Assembly (NCBI RefSeq): GCF_000009705.1
Contig: NC_003272.1
Coordinates: 4,320,001 to 4,352,000, forward strand
DNA: 32,000 nucleotides
Reading direction: 5' to 3'
DNA from: Nostoc sp. PCC 7120 = FACHB-418
Lineage (GTDB): Bacteria; Cyanobacteriota; Cyanobacteriia; Cyanobacteriales; Nostocaceae
Position 1 is the first letter of the stretch, and every line of letters starts with the position of its first letter. The position numbers and the translations under genes were made by a program. Shown in pieces: positions 18,377 to 27,105 of the stretch. The notes beneath the pieces were generated by a model. That model searched no databases. It saw nothing but the letters and a program-made list of their open reading frames with translations, and was not told the DNA's origin.

Positions 18377-18940
18377 ATGTCATGGCATGAAATCAAGCAT
18401 TACAAAAATTATCTGTTCAGTTGTTTTGGCTTGAGTGCAGCGATCCTACTCTGGTCTCAGACTCCCACACAAGCACAATTTACCTCGAATCTCGAACCCA
18501 TAGAAATTTACGAATTATCTACTCCTCAAACACTGACCATTCCTCCCATAGGATATTCAGAAATTTCTCTGACAACTAAAAGTGATTCCGTCAGCAATCA
18601 AGGAGATTTATTAGCGCCTCCTAATTTTAATGCTTTTGTAATTCGAGAATTTCCTGCGGTGTGGCAGATGCGTGTTCCCATAGATCAAGTTGATTCTCTT
18701 TACGCCACTTATGAGATGAAAGGTGAGAATGGTAGAACTAATGCTGTTAGTAATGAACAGCGTTCTGATTCTGCTGTGCAAGTCATCTTAGAACCTCTAC
18801 CTATTATGGAGATTTCCCGTGATCTCAATAGTAATACTGCACTGGTACAAGGCGGATTGCGCTTAAGAATGGACATTTCTAATGCTCAGTTTGCTGGCAA
18901 TTACGCTGGGGAATTAACAGTATTAGTAGAGCGTCGTTAA
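18377..18940 (+). CDS. Secreted pilin/fimbrial-subunit-like protein B (187 aa)
   Basis: The signal peptide ends TQA/Q. The mature protein is Cys-free, and its C-terminus AGNYAGELTVLVERR parallels that of subunit A. Confidence 0.6.
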   Translation: MSWHEIKHYKNYLFSCFGLSAAILLWSQTPTQAQFTSNLEPIEIYELSTPQTLTIPPIGYSEISLTTKSDSVSNQGDLLAPPNFNAFVIREFPAVWQMRVPIDQVDSLYATYEMKGENGRTNAVSNEQRSDSAVQVILEPLPIMEISRDLNSNTALVQGGLRLRMDISNAQFAGNYAGELTVLVERR

Positions 18941-19008
18941 TTTCTAGCAATTAAATTTCCCAAAAAAGTGATGTTATAGTCTGTTTGCAAGTGAAGAGAT
19001 TAAATCAA

Positions 19009-19950
19009 ATGTTACCAAAATTAAAAAATATTACCCTGGGTTTAATGGGAGCATTAGCTCTAGGTTTACAACCTGCAAATGCAGTGAATCTTGGTGTCAC
19101 ACCATCCAAATTTCATGTAGATATTACTAGTAAAAAAACAAGCTCTCAGGCAATTCGCATTTTAAACTTTGATACCAAGCCAGTCGAACTGAAAGTTTAT
19201 GTGCAGTCGTGGACGATGACTGAACAAAATAAATTACAAATCATTCCTGCTGAGGAACAGTCATTAGAACAATGGATTGTTTTTACTCCCTCTCGATTTA
19301 CAATTCCCCCTCGTGGTTCTCAAACTGTTCGCTTTGCGGTTCGTCCTAGAGTTAAACCTAGATCTGGTGAACATAGAGCGATTCTTTTTGTGGAAGAAGT
19401 GCCAAGACGTGATAGTACTGCCGCCAATAAAGGTGTAAATTTAATTGGTAAATTAGGGATAGCGATTTACGGATATACCGGAGATATTAAGCGAGTTGGT
19501 GTGTTGAATGCTGTCAAAGTAGAAACTAAGCCAAAGGCGCTTAATGCCGTATTTGATATTTCTAGCCAGGGTAACGGATATGTGAATATGCAAGGTCAAT
19601 ACACTATTTGGCCGGCGGCTCAATATCCTGGTGCAGAAGCTACCCAACCCATAGCTAATATAGGTAAACCAGAAACAAAAATACCTGAGCCTGTGGTACA
19701 TGCAGGATTATTACCTTCAACACCTGTATTACCTGATAGTCGTCGCCAAGTTTTATTACCCATTAAAAAGGATTTACCACCCGGTAAATATGTGTTGGAT
19801 ATCAAGGGAGATTTGAATGGCGTAGCGATTAAAAAAGGCATACCATTTACAGTGCCAGAAAATAATCCAGTTGCTACTAATCGTCCTCGGATTCAACCTA
19901 CATCTGAGCAACTCAGAAATTCACTGAGAAATTCTCAACAACGCAGATAG
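19009..19950 (+). CDS. PapD-like periplasmic pilus chaperone (two Ig-like domains) with a basic C-terminal tail
   Basis: Signal peptide MLPKLKNITLGLMGALALGLQPANA/V. The N-domain pattern ...IRILNFDTKPVELKVYVQSW...IVFTPSRFTIPPRGSQTVRFAVRP...GEHRAILFVEEVP mirrors the PapD/FimC pattern (xNxxxxPxLVQSW...xxPPLFRLxPxxxQxLRI...DRESLFxLNxxEIP). Confidence 0.7.
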   Translation: MLPKLKNITLGLMGALALGLQPANAVNLGVTPSKFHVDITSKKTSSQAIRILNFDTKPVELKVYVQSWTMTEQNKLQIIPAEEQSLEQWIVFTPSRFTIPPRGSQTVRFAVRPRVKPRSGEHRAILFVEEVPRRDSTAANKGVNLIGKLGIAIYGYTGDIKRVGVLNAVKVETKPKALNAVFDISSQGNGYVNMQGQYTIWPAAQYPGAEATQPIANIGKPETKIPEPVVHAGLLPSTPVLPDSRRQVLLPIKKDLPPGKYVLDIKGDLNGVAIKKGIPFTVPENNPVATNRPRIQPTSEQLRNSLRNSQQRR

Positions 19951-20049
19951 CTTTTGCTTACTTAAAAGCTAGTTTTGATTCTTCCCAAAATCATTTTGTA
20001 ATCGGGAAGCTTTTTAGGCTACCTATACGAATTTTTGTGCTTTAGTTTT

Positions 20050-23000
20050 ATGTTCTACCAACCTGCAACACCTCCCCAGATAGTTCCAATTTTACAGCCT
20101 GAAAGTAGCTCTTGTAAGGCGTTATCAGATGTTAGTGTCAATAATGAAAATAAAGTAGTTTTCGGAAACATACCAACACCCAGTCCACCAGAAACATTAG
20201 CACCTGAATTTTCTGATGGTGGGTTACAGAATATTTGTTATGAAGGGGGACTGAACAAAAATATAAAATGGCAGCATATTAATGCCAGTATTGCAATAAC
20301 TGAAAATCCTGTAGATAAGAATCTCCTAGAAGTATCCAACAAGAAAATAAGTCAGTCCAATTATTTAGAAAAACCACAAAAAATCTTTATTAAAAAACAG
20401 GATAATAGGGATTTACCTACCTTGGAAAACGTAGGTCTAGAGGATACGAACATAGCTCAAAATAATGTTGTAATTCCTCAAGAATATAAAAATAGCAAAA
20501 ATAATACGGGAAGGGTAATTCCTGCTGAAGAAAAGCAGGCTTTAAGTGATGTTAATTTAATTGCTCAAGACCCTAAAGCTTCAAGTGAAAAAAATAATCC
20601 ACAAACAAATGCGCCAGCACCAATAGATAATATTTTAGCAAATGCTAAAACTTTGTTGGTGGCAGTATTTGTCAATGAGCGTGAAATCGGTACTTTAGAA
20701 GTCATACCAGAAAACAATAGCTTACTTATTCCCCTTGAGGATTTTGCTCAAATTACTGGTTTAGAACTAGAAAAAAATAATGAGATAATTCAACTCAAGA
20801 CACCATTAGGTGTGATAAATATTACAGAGACTGATGTAAGAAAAATTGATGGTGTTACTTATATTAGTGAACTGTTTTTAAAAGAAAGATTACTAACAAA
20901 TCTAGAACTAAAAACAACAGACTTAGCTTTAAATGTTGATTTACCTTGGTTGAGACGTAGTCAGTCTAATAACCAAGCTATTGATCTACAACCAGAAGTG
21001 AAAGCTCCTAGCAGTGGTTTATCTAGCTTAAGGCAAGAATTAGGTTATTACAACAATTCTGGCAGAACTAATTGGCGAAGTTCTACACTTTTAGGTGGAC
21101 GTTTAGCAGGTGGGGCGTGGCGTTTACGGTTAGATAATAATTTTGTTGACAGACCTGATTTAACTGAATATTTTTTCTTTAAACGCTCAGGGCGAATGCT
21201 TTATCAATTAGGTCGCCAACAAATTTCACTAGGTCCTTTATTCAGTGGGGTAAATTTTACTGGAGCGCAAGTTGGTTACACAAATCTTCCGGCAGATAGA
21301 TTTAATACAAATTTCAGTGCTAGTGAACTTTTACCCAGGCGTTCTCAACCTGTACAAACATTTCGTGGGGTAGTTTCTCCTGCTAGTTTTGTTCAGTTAA
21401 GAGTGAGTGGAATTATTGTTGCTCAACAACAGGTAGGATTAAGTGGTGAATACGAATTTTTAGATATTAATTTACCTAGTAGCCAAAGCAGCGATATTGA
21501 ACTTTTGGTATTTGACCGGAATAATCTAGGTGTACCTATTGAAATTCGTTCTTTAAGGCTGAATGCTTCTGATTTATTACTACCAGCCGGTGGGAATGTG
21601 CAGATAGCAGGTTTAGGTTTAACTGGTAACTGGATACAAAATAATTTATTTGATGATTTTAGCGCTCCGGAGGTTGGTAGGTTTACTGGTTTTTATCAGG
21701 TGCGTCAAGGTCTTTCTGACAACTTTAGTGTGGAAGGCTCTGTACAATTATTACCTGAGACAACGCAAGCACAAGCAGGTTTTGCTTGGCGTTTAGCACC
21801 GCCGGTAATTCTTTCTGCAAACGTGGGAACTTCTCGCGGTGAGTTAGGTTATGCAGCGAATTTAGATGTGAAGTTAGAGCGCTGGCAGATTTTGGGAACT
21901 TCTGAATTTTATCCACAAGGTTATTTCTATAGAAATCAATTTCTTGATCGTCAAAATCACAGTATAGATGTTAAGCATAGCTTTAGTAACAACTTTGAAT
22001 TAGGAGTAATCGCCAGAAGTTTCAGCAATCAAAGTAATTCCAATAACTATATTTTGCCAACTTTTGCCTTCCGCCCATTGCCTAACTTATCTTTAAGAGG
22101 TTCCCCAGATTATTTTGGTCGCTATTCATTGAATGCTTTTTATAGACCAACAAATAACACTAGACTATCTTTTAATTCTTTAGGTGATATCTATACAACA
22201 AATTTTGGCTATAACTTTAGCCAACAGTATTTGTTATCTTTTGGTACTGAATCTGGTGCTGATTTACCGACTCGCTACACTTTGATATTGAATCGTAGTG
22301 CTTCTAGTCTTTCTGGGTTGAGTTGGCGCTTGGGCTTGGGATATAGAGATGGGGAAGTAGGCCCAGTTGTCGGTGCTAGTATGCGGATATTGCCAGGGTT
22401 ACTCGCATCTATTGATTATCAAGGTATTCCCTCTAGAAATAGAAACATTTTTGGTAGTATTGGTGACGATCGCCTGACTATATCACTCATATCAGACTTA
22501 TCTTTCGCGGGTGGCAGAGTTACACCATCTCAATATAGCTCCATCAATAAAGATAGAGGTGCGATCGCTGGCAGAATAGTGGTAGAAGGTGGCAGAGATG
22601 GTACAGACCTTAGTGGTGGCCTAGTCCAAGTCTTCAATAACCGAGGTCGCAGTGTTGGCGGTGCAAGAATTGACTCTCAAGGTAACTTCTTTGTGGGTAA
22701 TTTGCGAGAAGGTAATTACATAGTGCAGCTTGACCCAGATGAGTTACCAATAGAAGTTTCCCTGCGAAAAACTTCCATTGTGGCTGAAGTCGCAGGTGCA
22801 GCTGTAACTCAGTTAGATTTCCCCGTCAGATTAGAGTATGGTGTGGCAGGTAGAATTACTGATATATCAGGTCAACCAATGTCAGAAGTCGAAGTAGAAC
22901 TAATTGACGTTGAAGGTAAACAAGTTACTACAGCCATGACTGACCAATTTGGTCTTTACCGGATAGATGGTCTACCTGTGGGTAAATACACCCTGCGCGT

Positions 23001-23151
23001 TCCCAAACAAGTAAACGTAACTAATAGTGAAGATCTCCCGCAACTAGAAGTAGCAATTAGTAAAGATTTCATCTACGACCAAAATCTACGCTTACCAATT
23101 TCCGCAGCAGTTAAGCAAATACCCAATGATTTAAATATTCCCAAACCTTAG
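20050..23151 (+). CDS. Usher-like outer-membrane assembly protein with a ~200-aa low-complexity N-terminal extension and two C-terminal CarboxypepD_reg-like domains
   Basis: PapC_N-like segment LLVAVFVNEREIGTLEVIPENNSLLIPLEDFAQITGLEL (about 20647-20949). Long amphipathic beta-strand region. Plug-like segment FRGVVSPASFVQLRVSGIIVAQQQVGLSGEYEFLDINLPSSQSSDIELLVFDRNNLGVPIEI (about 21352-21564). C-terminal GRIVVEGG...GNYIVQL and GRITDISGQPMSEVEVELID...GLYRIDGLPVGKYTLRV (about 22558-23094). The start is uncertain (TTG at 20035 or ATG at 20050). Confidence 0.65.
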   Translation: MFYQPATPPQIVPILQPESSSCKALSDVSVNNENKVVFGNIPTPSPPETLAPEFSDGGLQNICYEGGLNKNIKWQHINASIAITENPVDKNLLEVSNKKISQSNYLEKPQKIFIKKQDNRDLPTLENVGLEDTNIAQNNVVIPQEYKNSKNNTGRVIPAEEKQALSDVNLIAQDPKASSEKNNPQTNAPAPIDNILANAKTLLVAVFVNEREIGTLEVIPENNSLLIPLEDFAQITGLELEKNNEIIQLKTPLGVINITETDVRKIDGVTYISELFLKERLLTNLELKTTDLALNVDLPWLRRSQSNNQAIDLQPEVKAPSSGLSSLRQELGYYNNSGRTNWRSSTLLGGRLAGGAWRLRLDNNFVDRPDLTEYFFFKRSGRMLYQLGRQQISLGPLFSGVNFTGAQVGYTNLPADRFNTNFSASELLPRRSQPVQTFRGVVSPASFVQLRVSGIIVAQQQVGLSGEYEFLDINLPSSQSSDIELLVFDRNNLGVPIEIRSLRLNASDLLLPAGGNVQIAGLGLTGNWIQNNLFDDFSAPEVGRFTGFYQVRQGLSDNFSVEGSVQLLPETTQAQAGFAWRLAPPVILSANVGTSRGELGYAANLDVKLERWQILGTSEFYPQGYFYRNQFLDRQNHSIDVKHSFSNNFELGVIARSFSNQSNSNNYILPTFAFRPLPNLSLRGSPDYFGRYSLNAFYRPTNNTRLSFNSLGDIYTTNFGYNFSQQYLLSFGTESGADLPTRYTLILNRSASSLSGLSWRLGLGYRDGEVGPVVGASMRILPGLLASIDYQGIPSRNRNIFGSIGDDRLTISLISDLSFAGGRVTPSQYSSINKDRGAIAGRIVVEGGRDGTDLSGGLVQVFNNRGRSVGGARIDSQGNFFVGNLREGNYIVQLDPDELPIEVSLRKTSIVAEVAGAAVTQLDFPVRLEYGVAGRITDISGQPMSEVEVELIDVEGKQVTTAMTDQFGLYRIDGLPVGKYTLRVPKQVNVTNSEDLPQLEVAISKDFIYDQNLRLPISAAVKQIPNDLNIPKP

Positions 23152-23263
23152 AGATTAGGCATTGAGAACCGGGGATTAGGGCTATTGACTAATGCCCCAT
23201 TTCATCTACGATATGAATTGTTCTCCCCTTCAATGGGCTGCATCAGGTTAGCCTGTGATCGCC

Positions 23264-25474
23264 ATGCCTAAATCAAAAAAAAGCTCTAATTCTATCAACT
23301 TAAACGATCCTCAATACTATCTTAACCGAGAGTTAAGCTGGTTAGAATTCAATAACCGAGTTTTACATGAAGCTTGTGACTCGCGCACACCACTATTAGA
23401 AAGACTTAAATTTTTAGCAATTTTTAGTTCTAACTTGGATGAGTTTTTCATGGTGCGGGTTGCAGCATTGAAACAACAGGTAGAAGCAAAGGTTAGCCAG
23501 TTAACCCCCGATGGGCGGACACCTCAACAACAGCTAAATGATATTCGGCTGAATCTCATACCCCAAGTTACCAAACAACATCAACATTGTGAACAAATAA
23601 TTCGCCCGTTGTTAGCTAGTCATGGTATCCATATTTTGGATTATATTAACTTGACTCAAAAACAACGCAGTTATCTAGATAATTACTTTGAAGACCAAAT
23701 TTTCCCAGTTCTGACACCCCTAGCTGTTGACCCTAGCCATCCATTTCCCTATATTTCTAATCTCAGCTTGAATTTAGCTGTTGTGGTGAAAAACCCCGAC
23801 ACAGAAGAAGAATTTTTTGCCAGAGTCAAAGTTCCTAGCGTTCTTCCTAGATTTTTGCCATTACCGCCAGAGTTAGCATTTCAGGAGAACGGACAAGCAG
23901 CTAACTGGGTAGGTGTACCATTAGAACAGGCGATCGCTCATAATCTAGATTCCCTATTTCCAGGGATGAATATCCAAGAATATCACCCCTTCCGCATTAC
24001 CCGCGATGCTGACCTCGCCCTCGAAGAAGATGAAGCTGATGATTTATTATTAGCGATAGAACAAGAACTGCGAAAACGCCGCATGGGTGGTTCTCCAGTC
24101 AGAATCGAAATTCAATCCCAAACCCCACAAGCAATACGCATCAGGTTATTACAAGACCTAGACTTAACAGAACAAGATGTCTACGAGGTAGAGGGACTGT
24201 TAGGATTGCGTGACTTAATGTCATTTATGGCTTTACCATTACCAGAACTCAAAGATCCACCACGCCAATCTGTAGTAGTTCCCCGTCTACAACGGTTGGG
24301 AGAACCAAGCGTAGACCCAAATGCTTTAGAGTTGGAAGATGGTAAAGATTTCTTTTCTGTAATTCGAGAAAAAGATTTATTCGTACACCATCCTTACCAA
24401 TCTTTTTCTGCTACGGTTGTACGCTTCATTACCCATGCAGCCCATGACCCGAATGTTTTAGCAATTAAGATGACACTGTACCGGACTTCGGGAGATTCGC
24501 CCATCGTCAATGCCTTGATTGCGGCGGCAGAAAATGGTAAACAAGTGTCAGTCTTGGTAGAACTTAAAGCCCGATTTGATGAAGAAAATAATATTTATTG
24601 GGCTAGACGATTAGAAAGAGTTGGAGTTCACGTCGTCTATGGTTTAGTGGGTCTAAAAACTCACTGCAAAACTGTGATGGTAGTAAGGCGAGAAAAAGAC
24701 CGGATGCGCCGCTATGTGCATATTGGAACCGGCAACTACAACCCAAAAACGGCACGACTCTATACAGATATAGGCTTATTTACTTGTCGTGAAGAATTAG
24801 GTGCTGACATCACCGATTTATTTAATTTTTTGACAGGGTATTCACGACAAAAGTCTTATCGAGAATTGTTGGTTGCGCCTGTAAATATGCGCGATCGCTT
24901 TTTGGAATTAATCCGCAGGGAAATCACCAACGTCCAGAATGGATTCTCTGGTCGCATAGTAGCAAAAATGAATTCCCTTGTTGATCCCCAAATTATTACC
25001 ACCTTATATGAAGCTTCCAGCGCGGGAGTACAAATCGATTTAATTATTCGGGGCATTTGCTGTTTGCGTCCAGGGATTAAAGATATCAGTGACAATATTC
25101 GCATTATCAGCATTATCGGCCGCTTTTTAGAACACTCCCGTATCTATTATTTCCATAACAATGGACAAGAAGAAATTTTTATTGGTAGTGCCGATTGGAT
25201 GAGCCGTAACTTAGATCGGCGAGTAGAAGTAATTACCCCCATAAAAGACCCAGATATTGCCAAGGATTTGCAAGAAATCTTGGGAATTTTGCTGGCTGAT
25301 AATCGTCAAGCTTGGGATTTACAAGCTGATGGTAGTTACATTCAACGCCTTCCAGGAGAAAATTGTCCAGAAACTAACTCACAGAAAACTCTCATGAATA
25401 TGGCTTTACGTTCAACGGGAATCGCTACAAACCTGATCGATTCACCAAAAAGTTCTGCATATAAAGACAATTAA
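23264..25474 (+). CDS. ppk: Polyphosphate kinase 1
   Basis: YYLNRELSWLEFNNRVLHEA at the N-terminus, DEFFMVRV, and two PLD-like HxK motifs (LKTHCKTVMVVRRE and FLEHSRIYYF). The ATG is at 23264; the track start at 23255 is GTG. Confidence 0.95.
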   Translation: MPKSKKSSNSINLNDPQYYLNRELSWLEFNNRVLHEACDSRTPLLERLKFLAIFSSNLDEFFMVRVAALKQQVEAKVSQLTPDGRTPQQQLNDIRLNLIPQVTKQHQHCEQIIRPLLASHGIHILDYINLTQKQRSYLDNYFEDQIFPVLTPLAVDPSHPFPYISNLSLNLAVVVKNPDTEEEFFARVKVPSVLPRFLPLPPELAFQENGQAANWVGVPLEQAIAHNLDSLFPGMNIQEYHPFRITRDADLALEEDEADDLLLAIEQELRKRRMGGSPVRIEIQSQTPQAIRIRLLQDLDLTEQDVYEVEGLLGLRDLMSFMALPLPELKDPPRQSVVVPRLQRLGEPSVDPNALELEDGKDFFSVIREKDLFVHHPYQSFSATVVRFITHAAHDPNVLAIKMTLYRTSGDSPIVNALIAAAENGKQVSVLVELKARFDEENNIYWARRLERVGVHVVYGLVGLKTHCKTVMVVRREKDRMRRYVHIGTGNYNPKTARLYTDIGLFTCREELGADITDLFNFLTGYSRQKSYRELLVAPVNMRDRFLELIRREITNVQNGFSGRIVAKMNSLVDPQIITTLYEASSAGVQIDLIIRGICCLRPGIKDISDNIRIISIIGRFLEHSRIYYFHNNGQEEIFIGSADWMSRNLDRRVEVITPIKDPDIAKDLQEILGILLADNRQAWDLQADGSYIQRLPGENCPETNSQKTLMNMALRSTGIATNLIDSPKSSAYKDN

Positions 25475-25626
25475 ATCAACCAAATTTCCCTACAAACATT
25501 AATTTTTTACAATTACTCTAATTAATCTTTATGGTTAAACACAAATTATTCAACCATAGGATAGAGTAATCATTGGTACCTGTTCCCATAAACTATGGAA
25601 AATATCGTATTTAGTTATTCCTGGGA

Positions 25627-26043
25627 ATGTTAATGTTCTCTTGTGAGTCCTCTACCTTAAAGGTTCTAGTGGTTGACGATCATGAACTGACTCGTTTAAC
25701 CTTGCAATTAGCCTTTTCTAGTCAGGAAAATATCCAAGTAGTCGGTCTAGCCAGTAATGGTCAAGAAGCGATAGAAATGGTGAGAGACAGTCATCCTGAT
25801 GTCATTGTTCTAGACTTACAAATGCCAGTCATGGACGGTTGGAGCGCTTCTGGTCATATTAAAGCCATTTCCCCTAACACGCAAATACTAGCTTATTCGT
25901 CAGTAGAGGATACAAATCTTCCTGACACAAAGATAACTTCTAACTTTGATGATGTTTGTAAAAAAGATGTGCCTACCAAGGAACTTATTGCTTTGGTAAG
26001 AGAATTGGGAAGACGTGGGGGGGATAGTTCCATTTCCAAATAA
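25627..26043 (+). CDS. Stand-alone CheY-like response regulator receiver protein
   Basis: VLVVDDHELTR, phospho-acceptor context DVIVLDLQMPVMDG, and no output domain. Confidence 0.85.
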   Translation: MLMFSCESSTLKVLVVDDHELTRLTLQLAFSSQENIQVVGLASNGQEAIEMVRDSHPDVIVLDLQMPVMDGWSASGHIKAISPNTQILAYSSVEDTNLPDTKITSNFDDVCKKDVPTKELIALVRELGRRGGDSSISK

Positions 26044-26163
26044 ATGCCTTAGCTACGTCGCTTAACTAAATCGGTATATTTGAAGATGGGGACTTGAAGA
26101 AATTTTATCATTCAGAAGCGTCGGTAAAATCGTTATTTGACGGTCAGACCGACGCAATTTTAT

Positions 26164-26346
26164 TTAATTGTTACCTGTTTCGGGAATAGTGCGTCTATAT
26201 TCTTCAATCAATTCGTCCAATTCTTCCAACGCTTGATTAACATCAACTCTTAAAATGCCTAGATTCGGTTGTTCTAGAAGGCTGAGTAAGTACTCACGTT
26301 TACTTTGAACTGCTGTAATTCTTTCTTTGAGAGTTGGCAAATCCAT
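26164..26346 (-). CDS. Small hypothetical helical protein (60 aa)
   Basis: ATG with AGGA 11 nt upstream and coiled-coil-like composition. No family recognised. Confidence 0.45.
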   Translation of the reverse strand: MDLPTLKERITAVQSKREYLLSLLEQPNLGILRVDVNQALEELDELIEEYRRTIPETGNN

Positions 26347-26514
26347 TATTTTTGTATCCTAAAATCGGCTTCAAATTTAAAGTTAACTCAAAAAAGGCTC
26401 GTTATGTAGCTGGCATAAGAGAGAAAATCAAGGGTTTGAGCAGCGACTCTTCCCTAAGTTGTCACTCATAACAGATGATAATAAAACTAATGTGTTAAGA
26501 ATTTATACTATCTC

Positions 26515-27093
26515 ATGTTACGCCAAATCTCTTTGGGAACAATTGGTTTAAGCATCGGCAGCATATTAACCATCATGGGGTTTGTTGCCTATGCTGCAAA
26601 TAATGCCACACTAAACCTGGTCGGATTCTTTTATGGGTTTCCTTTACTTTTAGGAGGACTAGCTCTCAAGGCTAACGAACTCAAGCCCATATCTTTTAGC
26701 CAGACGACAAAAGAGTCAGTGTTACTCTTGCGCCAACAGCAAGCGACTGTGACCCAAAATAAAATCCGTAAAGATATCACTCGATATTGTTACGGACAGA
26801 ATGCTCACTTAGATGGAGCGCTGTCTTACTTAGGTTTAAGTCCTTCAGATGAAGACAGACCCATAGTTACAGGTCTACGGGAAACAGAAACTAATGGTGC
26901 TTATACCCTAATTTTGGAATTTGACTCGCCTGAAATACCATTCAGTGATTGGCAACAAAAGCAAGAAAAAATGACTAAGTACTTTGGGCCAGGAGTTGAG
27001 ATAAAAATTACTCAAGTGGATGAAGATAAAATCGAATTAGCCCTGATTACTCTTAGTCAAGAGCCAATAGCTCAAAGTATCGCCAATAACTAA
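26515..27093 (+). CDS. Conserved membrane protein with two N-terminal TM helices and a soluble C-terminal domain, possibly DUF2854
   Basis: GTIGLSIGSILTIMGFVAYA and LVGFFYGFPLLLGGLALK helices. The family name is recalled from memory and not verified. Confidence 0.6.
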   Translation: MLRQISLGTIGLSIGSILTIMGFVAYAANNATLNLVGFFYGFPLLLGGLALKANELKPISFSQTTKESVLLLRQQQATVTQNKIRKDITRYCYGQNAHLDGALSYLGLSPSDEDRPIVTGLRETETNGAYTLILEFDSPEIPFSDWQQKQEKMTKYFGPGVEIKITQVDEDKIELALITLSQEPIAQSIANN

Positions 27094-27105
27094 ATAATTA
27101 AAAAC

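Noticed and set aside
17721-19841. Antisense ORFs 17721..17933, 19453..19701 and 19620..19841 inside the subunit A and chaperone genes
   Set aside because: They overlap better-supported secreted-protein CDSs on the other strand and have no signal peptides or motifs.
21725-25113. Antisense ORFs 21725..21916 and 24856..25113 within the usher-like gene and ppk
   Set aside because: These are shadow ORFs opposite confidently assigned CDSs.
25514-25568. Nested imperfect hairpin (TACTCTA/TAGAGTA and TATGGTT/AACCATA) between ppk and the CheY-like gene
   Set aside because: It is AT-rich with short arms, large internal loops and no U-tract, so it could arise by chance in AT-rich spacer.
26118-26155. 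GCGTCGGT...ACCGACGC inverted repeat between the convergent CheY-like and 60-aa genes, considered as a bidirectional terminator
   Set aside because: The stem is only 8 bp with a 22-nt loop. The flanks are T-rich but the structure is weak, which is not enough to annotate it.
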